Made by a program: the position numbers and the translations under genes. Of a DNA stretch of 61,874 nucleotides, positions 1-9,613 are shown piece after piece. Positions within the stretch are counted from its first letter, which is position 1. Every line of letters begins with the position of its first letter. The DNA is from Vicugna vicugna. Its lineage: Eukaryota. Where the stretch lies: positions 684,001-745,874 of the forward strand of contig MU058206.1 of the NCBI GenBank assembly GCA_013265495.1, in the 5' to 3' direction. Under the pieces are notes generated by a model. The model was not told the origin of the DNA. It saw only the letters and a program-made list of their open reading frames with translations, and made no database searches.

Positions 1-68
1 CTGTTGGTTTCCCTTGTTTACCCCACTCTCCTTCCCCTGGCACTCCCCAGCCACCCTTTTGCTCGTAC

Positions 69-203
69 CTTGAAAGACTCCAGGAATCCCCCATGGCCCC
101 CACTCTCAAACTTGTCCTCTTCTGGGCCCAGTCCCAGCATGGCCTGCGTGTGGGCGTGGAGTTCGTCGTGAAGGTTGTCCAGGAGGGCTGCCTTCGTCCG
201 GTC
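69..203 (-). pseudogene. RAP1GAP2: RAP1GAP2 exon, 135 nt ([45 protein letters not shown]); acceptor mutated
   Basis: Translation matches recalled RAP1GAP2. Donor AAG|gtacga is intact. The acceptor reads ttcccttccaa|GAC, i.e. AA instead of AG. Confidence 0.92.
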
Positions 204-564
204 TTGGAAGGGAAAAAAAAGGGTGGGGGTGGTTAAGCTGGCACTGAGAGCAGAGATGTGCCCCCCCCCCGGAGGCTCCAGACACCTGGCCCAAGGGCTG
301 TGAATCTGGCCAGCTACATCCCAGCAACAGTGTGGACCTATATCCAGGCTGGGCTTCATGCTCACAAATGCTGCAGCTAACACTACAGCTCCGTGCCCTG
401 CCCCCTGCTCCCTTCTCTCTGTCCCTTCTCCCTGGGCCATCTCGCCCTCCCATGGCTCTGCCCTGATGACTCCCAGCCCAGATCTCTGCCCCAGGCACCA
501 CGTCCATGTACCCAACTGCCCATAGCTCCTCTCCATCCAGGTGTGCATCCAAGGTCACATCTAC

Positions 565-583
565 AGCCACCAGGGGGCGCCAT
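565..583 (+). promoter_or_regulatory. Strong CTCF consensus site
   Basis: AGCCACCAGGGGGCGCCAT matches the CTCF core CCACCAGGGGGCGC exactly. Binding is not shown. Confidence 0.55.
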
Positions 584-779
584 TCACACAGACCAGGACC
601 AACCCTTTCAGCAACACAGCCTTTGCCCGTGCCTCCAAATAGCAGGTCCAGACAGTGTTCCCATGTCAGCAAAGAGCCCAAGCCAAAGGCCCGGGTGGCT
701 CCCCACAATCCCACTTCTCCCCACTCTTATATACAAGAGTCCATCAAGTCTTCCTGACTCTGAGCACTTCCTGTGCTGA

Positions 780-1370
780 AGCAAGCTGCCACTCTGCCTC
801 TTGGACTCCTGTAATAGCTTCTAGCTGGCCCCCTTCCTGCCCTCCTGCCTTCAGGCTGACCGTCACCTCTGCCACCTCCTCCTGTACTTTATTAGGGCCT
901 TATCACCTCTAGCTCAAAGCCTTTCTTGATCTGACCCAACCAGCATCTGCAGCTGGTCCTCCCACCATTCCATCCCCCTCATGAATCCAACCCTCTGGAG
1001 CTCCCTCACGAAGTCATGCTCTGAATCTGCCCGGCCTTTTCATGCTGATTCCCACGCCTGGAATAACCCTCCCCAATCTTTCCTCGTGGCAGAAGTCTCA
1101 TTAGATATCCAGATTTGGCAGCTCCAAGGCCACCTCCTCCAAAAAGCCTTCCCTGAACACACCTTCCATTCCCCACAGGCAGAAGCAGCCACTACCCTGA
1201 GCCACAGCCCCTGCTGGCCTCCGTCATAGTCCAGGGCACTCTATCATACCTGTCTCCACCAGCCGGTGAGCTCTGTAGGGGCAGAAACTGTCTCACTTAT
1301 CCCAGTTTCCCAGGGAACAGAACAAAGCACAGTACACAGTAGGTGCTCAATAAGTAATCAGCGAATGGTT
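780..1370 (+). mobile_element. L2 LINE 3' fragment
   Basis: Ends with a typical L2 3' end (gtgagctctgtaggggcaga...cacagtaggtgctcaataagt...gaatg). Boundaries approximate. Confidence 0.6.
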
Positions 1371-1547
1371 GACTAGACCTAAAGTTTGGAGGGAGTTCCC
1401 ACAAGAAGAAAGAGCTCCACATCAACACAATGCTGAAGGCTTAGAGGGGCAAAGATGGTGCTTCCCACCTTAAATAGCCCCCAAGAATAGACCCTCGAGA
1501 AAGGCTGGCCCGGTGGGCAGGAGGAAGACCAGAAACCTCGTGCTCAC

Positions 1548-1643
1548 CTCCAGCTTCGCAAACTTGTCTGACTTGCAGCAAGCGTTCTCCGCGTTGGTGA
1601 GCTTGGTGGGCTTGGTGAGCAGAAACTCTCTGAACTCTGGGCC
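1548..1643 (-). pseudogene. RAP1GAP2: RAP1GAP2 exon, 96 nt ([32 protein letters not shown]), with a 9-nt tandem duplication
   Basis: Acceptor ttccag|GGC and donor GAG|gtgagc. Carries an extra PTK relative to the conserved [11 protein letters not shown]. Confidence 0.92.
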
Positions 1644-2124
1644 CTGGAACAGACAAGATGCTCCATCCTTAGCTGCTGCCACAGGGCTTTAACCACAGTA
1701 AGAGGCAGGCAGTTCAGGGGGCCTGGGGGGAGAGTCTACTTCTGACACTGCATCACTTTTAGCCCAGCCCAAGCCCACCTGCTAAGATGCCAACATGGAA
1801 ACCAGCTGCCCTGGTGCTAGCAAATCCACTTTCCACACCCACCATAGCACTTCCGGGAGTGGTGGCCACTTGTGCCCAAGGCGCCTGGGACTGGCGTACA
1901 GCATAAAACCCTCCTCTAAGCAGAAAGACAATCCCAGTGTCAAACACCCTGACAAGAGGCCTTGTGCTGGGCTAGGCTGGCAGTACAAGGAGAGGTGGGG
2001 ACAGACACCAAGTAAAGGAGGTTCTCAAGTTCCCAGCCCAATTCGTCCCCCCTGCAACCACTGCCACTCAGGCGTGGCAACCTGGAGTCTCAGACATGAG
2101 GGAGGCAGAAGGAGAGTTTCTTAA

Positions 2125-2195
2125 CTTCTGGAAAACATGGGGCTGGGCAGAGGCGGGCCAAAGGCAGGCACGTATTCCCGGGCAGTGACTGCAAC
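2125..2195 (-). pseudogene. RAP1GAP2: RAP1GAP2 exon, 71 nt (VAVTAREYVPAFGPPLPSP/VFQK); frameshifted, donor dead
   Basis: Acceptor gtttcag|GTT. Length 71 between phase-0 neighbours. Donor reads AAG|ttaaga. Confidence 0.9.
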
Positions 2196-2694
2196 CTGAA
2201 ACACAGGGACTCAGTGTGGGCCACCAGAGGGGAGACACAAGCTGAGGATGAAGAGCGTTCTGAGTCCTGGCCCTGGGGGAGCCCCCTTCCCACGCAGATC
2301 TACTCCCCTTCCCAGAATACAAAGAATGTCCCCTGGGCCAGCGCCAGTGAACCCAAGTCACTGTTCCTAGAAGTGGGGCTGGACTGTGCAGAGCCATCCA
2401 CACGCCCTCATCTGCATTCCAGGAGGCGGGAAGCAAGTTTGGCAAGATGATGGGGCGGGGCTGAGGAGCAGCCTGGAACCCTAACTCTAATGCAGTACCA
2501 AGAGCCCAGGAGATGCTATCTCTTCACCTCATTTGACGGGATGCTCATCCTACAGAGAAGGCGCAGGGAGAATGGTCAGCCCTGTACTCCTGATAAGGAT
2601 ACAGACGCCCAGAGCCGTGGAGCCCTCCCTCCAACGGCACACAGGAGATTAGCCCCGGAGATGAACAGACGATCCAGAGCTCTCTAACCCTGCT

Positions 2695-2865
2695 CGGGGG
2701 TTCTCTACCACAACACTGACTCCCATGACTGGCCATACATTAGAATCACTTCAAGTGTTTAAATACTAGTTACATGGGCTCCACCCTAAACCTACTGAAT
2801 CAGCAGCTCTGGGGTGGAGTCAGGACTCTGCAACTGTTTGAGGCTCCTGAGAGAATCTGTGCGGT
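2695..2865. mobile_element. MER5A-like hAT-Charlie DNA transposon
   Basis: cattagaatcac...ctactgaatcag...ctctggggtggag motifs typical of MER5A. Confidence 0.55.
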
Positions 2866-3182
2866 CGGTACACTGGTGTTTGGGAGCCCTGGCCCCGCAC
2901 ACGGGGTCGGTCTGGGTGAGGCTGAACTCACAGAGCACCAGGGCCCAGGGTGGGAACTGGGGGCAGGGGGACATGCAGGTGCTCTGCATGGGCATGCAGG
3001 CTGGGTGTGGGGTGTGCACCTCTGGCCACCCTGGTGAGGGAGGAACTAATGGAGAGAGGGCACCAAGGTGTTCTTCGTGGGGTCTCCCAGGCTCAGGACA
3101 GGTCCCGCACCTCCATCTCCCCTCTCTGCCTGGAGATGCCCTGGTTTCACCTGTTCTCAGCCCACGAGGCTGCAGGCCTCTA

Positions 3183-3219
3183 TGGAGACCCTGCCCTCTC
3201 CGGAGACCCTGCCCTCTCC
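3183..3219. repeat. 18-bp tandem duplication (ggagaccctgccctctcc x2)
   Basis: Seen directly. Confidence 0.85.
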
Positions 3220-4489
3220 CTTCCCAGGGAGGCTGCTGACATGAGCCCAGCCCTGGTGCGCTGCCAGCCTCCTGGGCCCGGCCCGTGACGTAGGGCAGAT
3301 GCAGAGTCTGCCAGAGCGGGTGAGCAGGCACCTCGGAGCCAGGCCAGGCCGGAAGGGCCCTGCCAGGATCTGGAGTGCAGGGGAGCGGGAGAGGGCTGGT
3401 CAGTACGGCTTTCTCTCCCCCAGCCCCAGGCTGTCCACACGGCCCACACCATGGTGCCCAGAGTCGGAAAAGACTGATGTGATTTCTGGCTGCTTCCAGC
3501 TGCCACACCGTCCCCCTCCACCACCCACCATCACCCTCAGCACAACTCAAGAGTTCCACCCACAGAGCCAAAATCAGGAGGAGGGGACGGCCATGGAGAG
3601 GCTGCTGATGGGACCAGCCCAGAGGCCAGGTTCAGCTCCCCCATCTTCCCACCCCGACGCCGCCTCCTTCTCGGGCTTGCACTGGAGTGTTCTGTGCTGG
3701 CTGGGTGAGTGGCTTCGATATGTTCTGAAAGCAGCCTGAGTCTCCCAGCTGGAAGAGCCCACGAGCCAACTGCCCCGCAGCAGCCGGGTCAGAAAGGCGG
3801 GGGACGGGATCTTCCCTTTGCTGGCTGTTCTCTAACCCCACGTGCTCCCTCCCGTCCAAATGCCCGGGCCTTTGTGGTTCCCTCCTCTTGGGGGCGGTTG
3901 GGTTGCTGGGCTGAAAGCAGAAGCTGCCTGAACACAACCTCCCCTTCCTACTTTCTAGACCCAGCCAGGGCCTCCTGGCAGGGGCCGGGAAGGAGAGAGG
4001 CAGCAGGTGACTCTGGGGAAAAGGCTCTTCAAGACCGGAAAGTGGAAGGAGGCACGGGTGTGTAAGAAGGATGTTCTAGGAGTGGGGGTGCCTCCAAGAT
4101 CTCCAGACTTGATAAGGTCCCCACGCATGCCCAAGGGTGGCCTGGAAGCCCTGGAGGACCATGACGTCACTCAAGCGACAGATCAGCAGTGAGGGGAAGG
4201 GGGCACACAGCCAGGAGCCGGCCCCCTGGTCAGCTTCGTGTAAGACTCCTGACACCTTTGCAGGACTTCCGGAGTCGGGGCTGGGTGAGCTCAGACAGGG
4301 AGGGGAGGGCGTCCTGGTGAAGGCTCAGCTGAAATTTCCTTCCAGTCTGGCAGGATGGGGATGAAATGTGTGTCTGAAACATAATTTGATGTGATGTTTC
4401 ATGCACACCCCAGATGATGGGTCCAAGTTCCCACCTGCTGTGACGGCTCCATGAGGAAGGCCACAGTCAGACCCGGACAGGACTCTGGC

Positions 4490-4990
4490 TCCACTGTTTC
4501 CATGCTCTGTGGCCTCAGATGTTAAGAAACCTAAGCTCTTGGCTTCAATCTTCCCCCTGTAAAATGGGGCTAACAGGAGGCCTATCTGACTAGAGGCTTG
4601 TGAGAATTTAAGAAGACTGCTTTTAAGGGCCTGGCACAGTGCCCGGCACAGAGCCAACACCCAGTAAGGAGTAATCATTGTCACTCGGTGCTTTTTTAAT
4701 TTTCCCTGCTGTTCTGCACCTAATAAAGGATGAAATACTACAGAGTTTCCCCAAACCACTTCCTAATCCAACACACACACACACACACACACACATCCCT
4801 CTTCCTCTCCTCCTCCTCCTCCCTCTCCACAGCATGTCAGGGCTGGAAGGAGTTCAGAAGTTGTCTACTCCAACTTCTTCATTTCACACAGTTGGAAACA
4901 GAGGCCCAGAGAGGGAAGGAACTGGCCCAAGGTCACACAGCAGTCAGAGGCAGGGCCAGGACCAGAACCCCAGGCTCCCAAGCCGCTCTG
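4490..4990. mobile_element. Two oppositely oriented MIR fragments flanking a (CA)n microsatellite (~4771-4794)
   Basis: MIR core ctgtaaaatggg at ~4557; reverse core gaaacagaggcccagagagg...cccaaggtcacacag at ~4895-4940. Confidence 0.65.
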
Positions 4991-7187
4991 TCTGAGGTCC
5001 TTTCTTGTACATTCCCACCCCTGTCCTTCCCCCTTCCCTCTCCTTCCTGTTGTTTGTCCTCCCTGGTGGGGGCCTCCTGGGGCACTGCTCAGTCCCTGGG
5101 GAACTCTCACCCTCCTTTGCCACAAGCCATAAGCCTGCAGGGGTCAGCTGAGGTCCACGTTACCTGGACCCCCCGAGGGGTCTAACCAGGTCCTCCTCAG
5201 TCCGCCCATCACTGGATGATGCACAGAGCTTTGGGGGCACCTTAGAAGGCTGATCTCCCTCCCTGTCCTCTGCCCTGACCCACAGGTCCTGCCTTCCAGC
5301 TTGGATGTCTGCCTGGCAGGTAGAGTTCAAGGTCCCACATCCCCGTGAGCTCTGCTTCTCACCTCTCTGAGGACAGTGCTTCTCCCTGGACCAGAGATTG
5401 TGGCTGGGGAGACTTGGTAAAGACTTCTAGCATCTGTGCTGGGGGTGGGGTGGTGCTTCTCTGATTTTTCTCTATTTTCCTAACTCTACTAAAGTTCTTG
5501 GGAAAGGGAAGAAGCCAGTTAGCTGGACTCCATTTCCTACCAGGAACTTAAACACTAAACATCCGCAGGAGGCCTCATTCTGCCAGCAGAGGCCCAGCGG
5601 ACGAGCCCCACATACATCCGAGACTGCCTGGCAGGGCCCGGGAGCCCTCCTATCACACAGTTCTATTCTGAGCATCCTTCTGTGTTGCGCTCTCCCTCCA
5701 AGAGCCGTTAAATGAACCAGGTGGCTGGCTGACCTGTGCTCACAGCCTCTTCTGCCCCTTCCCTGAAGCTGGTTCTGTACGTCACTTCCACGTGCCCGCA
5801 CAGTAGGCACTGAATGAGTACGCTTGCTTCCACCAACAAAGTAATTAGGCAGCTGATGGACAGGCATGCCCGTGTGGGTCAAAGCCTTCAAGGAAACACC
5901 CAAACCATGGGTTCTCCAACTTTTCAGCTAAAACTGCTCAGTGACAGAGGAGCGTGAACACGGGCCTGTAAAGGAATCAGTTCTCCTCCATAGGACAGAG
6001 TGTGGGGTTTCTTTTGTGTTTGGAAGCCTCCTATTTGGTTTTTAAGCGGATGTGACTTTTGCACTTAATATACCTGGATTTGTACTGATAAAAAAGTCAT
6101 GTAACAATTATAGAACATCGTTTTTCTTTCCCAGAATATTCAAACCAAATTGATACTTTGTAAAGAAGGCCATGAAGTGCTACGGCCTCCTGAACCCTGG
6201 AACCAGCTTTGGCCTAAGTTAATACACAGGAAGCCTTGCAGGCCTCAGGGTTTCCCAAGAGCTCCTTTGCGCTCTCCCTGACAACACTGGCTCCTAACAC
6301 TGGGGGGCGCAGGGAGTTCTGAGAATTTGAGCTACAGCCTCTCTCCTCTGCAGACACAAAGCAGCACGTGAACTCCACAGTTTGTACCTATCTACCAAGG
6401 GTTCAAAGACTTATCTAACATCCACTTTAAAACCCCTGCCTCAGTCTATGTCCCTTGGGTCCCCTGCTCCCCTCACCACTGTGTGACAGAGAAACTGTGG
6501 CCCAAGAGGTTGGAATCGTTTCTCACAGTTAAGGCGAGGGATAGTGACACAGCCATCAGGAGGTGTGGGGTGAGGGCCCGAGGCGCATCTGCATCAGTGA
6601 GGCGTCTGAGAAAGTCCACTCGTGGGTCAGGAGCTGAGACCCAGGTGCTCACAAGCCCACCCCACCCCCGCCCCCAGGAGTCTTCAAATGAACGTGGCTC
6701 ATTTGCCCAGAACAGCTAAACCAGAGGGACCCCCAGGGGGCCAGGGTCTACCAGGACCCCTGCCCTCCACTTCTCATCATGAACATTTCTCCTTTTTCTT
6801 TCTTCCTTTTGTCTGTTACTGTCTTTCTTCCTCTCCTCTCTCCTGACAGTCCTCTCCACTTTCTCTTTTTTTCTCTCCTGTGGCTCTGCCTTACCCTAAC
6901 AAACAGCATTACCAGACTTCAAGTAGGGACAAGGGAGCCTTCTCAACCCTTGAGGTAGAGGCTGTCCCATCTGGAGGCAGCAAGACAGACCAGGGAACCT
7001 GAGAAGGTGCTCTCCAAGGGTCTAACTCCCAAATCTCAGAGACCCAAGAACTCATGGGAAATCTATCACGTGTTAGAGACCGGTCTGAGGAGCCACTGAG
7101 AACTGGTGTTCCTTGACATCACTGATTCTGTTAAGTGTGGTGAGGTGCCTGGGCCCCCCGCTTCCTCCAATGAGATCTTCTCCTTAC

Positions 7188-7343
7188 CTTGTAGGATGGG
7201 GTCTCCATGCCCAGGTTCTCAGCCTGCACTACAATGTAGGCATGTAAGAAGTTGGATGCAATCATATCTGGGACAAACGGTGTGTTTTCTTCTTGGAAGA
7301 TGATGGCCACAAAGTCATTCCCAATGTGTCTCTTTCTCTGGAG
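7188..7343 (-). pseudogene. RAP1GAP2: RAP1GAP2 exon, 156 nt ([52 protein letters not shown]), containing the catalytic Asn-thumb motif
   Basis: Acceptor tttag|CTC and donor AAG|gtaagg. Open frame with the KRHIGND RapGAP signature. Confidence 0.95.
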
Positions 7344-8639
7344 CTAAACAAAAAGTGTTCCATTGTTATAAGCCAGTTAGGAACATCCTGAAAACAGAAT
7401 AGAACAGAATACAGGAAATTCTTCTTTGTTCTATCTTTATACATAAACCTGGAACACTGAGATCTCTCTCTCCAGGGAGCTTTTTCTTTCAATCTTTAGA
7501 AGCCACTAAAAAGGAAGAAAATGAGGAAGAGGCCTAAGTTGCTAGGAAGAGGCTAGCAAGCCTCTGACTGAGCTCTGCAGCATGTAGAGAGCCCTGACTT
7601 GGGACTGGTGATATAGTTAAAAGGTGATGCCAGGTTTTACCCTGGGAGAGCCTGTATTGGATCAGGGAGAGACACAAACACAGGTGGAGCCCCTGGAGAA
7701 CACTAGCAAAGTCACCAGGCAGCAAGTGCTGAATCAGCCACTGCCTACGTAGTGCCTAACACTATAGGAGTAGAGAAGAGGGCAAAATCAGGGGCCTGAT
7801 GGTAATCTGAGAAGGCTTCCTGGAAGAGGAGATTGGGTGAGGGGGGAGCACTTGATGGACATGTGGATGAGCAGGGAGGAGGGGGCAGATTATCCTATAC
7901 CAGAAGGGAGAAGAACCATACTTAGAGAAATATGGACACGCTGGCTTGGTGGAGGTCATGGGGGAAGACAGAAATCCGGCCCCAATTCAGCTTCCCACGC
8001 TCAGCCAGGTGCTGTCACAGGCGATCCCAATCACCAAGCACCTACTGTGTGTCAAGAACCATGCTGGGCTGTTCACATGCATGATTTCAAATGTTAAGGC
8101 CCTCCTGGAAGCCAAATCCTGGCTCAGTGCTTACCTACACATTTGTTCCTTTATTAAGCACCTACTGCATGCAAGCCTGATGTTTCATGTGGAGTTTCCC
8201 ACTTACTAAGCACCTGCTATATATTAAGCCTCATGCCAGGAACTTTTATAAACTGTCTCACTTATTCTGCACCCATCATCTCATTTCTTAGCAAAAGGAA
8301 ATGAATATTTATTCGGTCCTTGCTGAGAGCCAAGCTCTGTGCACGTCCCACTTAACTGAGGTGACACTGAGAATGAGCCAGGCAGAGACCAGCCCTCAGC
8401 CTCAGGCTAGGGCACGGGGTGAGGGGGGCCGTGAGGGAACAGAGATTGAAGGTGAAACACTGAGAGAAAACCCTCTTTGGAAACAAAAGGAATCCTGCTT
8501 CTATTTGTTTCTGGAACATTCAGTAGTTATTTTAGAGCCAAATCGCAGTCTCCTTTGCCAATTTCCTTTTTTCCTAAGAAGCCAGGCACTGTGTTTACAA
8601 TGTGACTTCTGTGCTCCCTCCCAGTTCTCTACTCGGAAA

Positions 8640-8870
8640 CATGGATCCGTTAGGAAGCCTGCCACAAGCCAGGCATTGTACTGAGCCCCACATTTGGACC
8701 CTTATGTGATCCCCACAACAACCCTCTGATGTCCTTGGTGTTATTCCCATTTTACAGATGAGGCAAGTGAGGCCACAGGGTTAACCGGTTTGCCCAGAGT
8801 CACAAACCCCTAAGTGGCAGAGCTGGCTTCAAGCCACCATCTGCGGACCCTGTCATGTACTCTTCACCAC
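8640..8870 (-). mobile_element. MIR SINE
   Basis: cccattttacagatgaggcaagtgaggc...tttgcccagagtcaca...gtggcagagctgg. Confidence 0.75.
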
Positions 8871-9209
8871 CACCCTACACGGTCTGGGCACCTGGGCTCT
8901 GCTCTCAGCTCTACCCCTGATCACTTGGGAAACAGTTTTTTAACCATATGGAGCTACGATTTCCCCATTGGTCATAGGGAGATAACCAGGGGCCCTGTCC
9001 TGTCTTCCACACAGGCTGCTGACCTACGGCCTTGGTGAGATAACGCAATAGCATGGGCTTTGATAGGAGGAATGAAGCTGAACAGACGGGCCTCTTGATT
9101 ATGAAAACAGGGAAGGGAAGGGGGCCTTAGTCCCTTGGGGAGACCAGACCAGATGCAGGCTCTCACCTCGCACACCCTGGTTTCCCGAAGCCCTCCCGAA
9201 CCTGGTTAC

Positions 9210-9339
9210 CTGCTGGGTGTCTCCCTCGGTAGACGGCAGCTTTGTGGAGACATGAAACACGGTCTCTGTGTCCCGGAATACTGTGTACAGTGATTCTACC
9301 CCTGTCTGTCCGTGCGTCACGTCCAGGCCTCCTCGGAAA
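9210..9339 (-). pseudogene. RAP1GAP2: RAP1GAP2 exon, 130 nt ([43 protein letters not shown])
   Basis: Acceptor caag|T TTC and donor CAG|gtaacc. Contains the FRGGLD and FHVST RapGAP motifs, with substitutions at conserved sites (EIMFHV>ETVFHV, LPFT>LPST). Confidence 0.93.
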
Positions 9340-9399
9340 CTTGGTGAAGCATTCAAGTGCCAGGGGAGGGAGGGGGGAGGGAAGGAAAGTGGGGAAGTT

Positions 9400-9613
9400 T
9401 GTAACAACCAACCGCACCCCCTCCTCTGTTTTTTTGTGTAAAAAGAGCCTGAATTCTGACTGGGGGAGGATGGTTCTCCAAGATATTTAGTTGGCCATCC
9501 TCTCCGTCGGTCTGCCTGCTTTCCGAATAATGTCGCTATTCCTTGCCCCAACACCTCGTCTTCCGATTTATTGGCCTGTCGTGTGGCCAGCAGAACGAGT
9601 TTGGACTCAGTAA
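9400..9613 (+). mobile_element. 3' half of an ERV1-type LTR at the RAP1GAP2 breakpoint
   Basis: TATA-like and PAS-like (aataat) remnants, and an end typical of these LTRs (attccttgccccaacacctcgtc...ttattggcctgtcgtg...tttggactcagtaac). Family not assigned. Confidence 0.6.

Larger units (their letters stand above)
69..9339 (-). pseudogene. RAP1GAP2: Partial duplicated RAP1GAP2 (Rap1 GTPase-activating protein 2) pseudogene: five internal exons of the GAP domain, 5'-truncated and continuing off the left edge
   Basis: Collinear minus-strand exons at 9210-9339, 7188-7343, 2125-2195, 1548-1643 and 69-203 translate to the RAP1GAP2 catalytic domain. Lesions: 1-nt deletion, donor GT>TT, acceptor AG>AA, 9-nt insertion. 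The expected upstream exon (TLEEELFGNNEES...) was not found. Confidence 0.92.

Noticed and set aside
69..9339. Calling this the functional RAP1GAP2 gene
   Set aside because: It has a frameshift, two non-canonical splice sites, an insertion in a conserved helix and no upstream exons.
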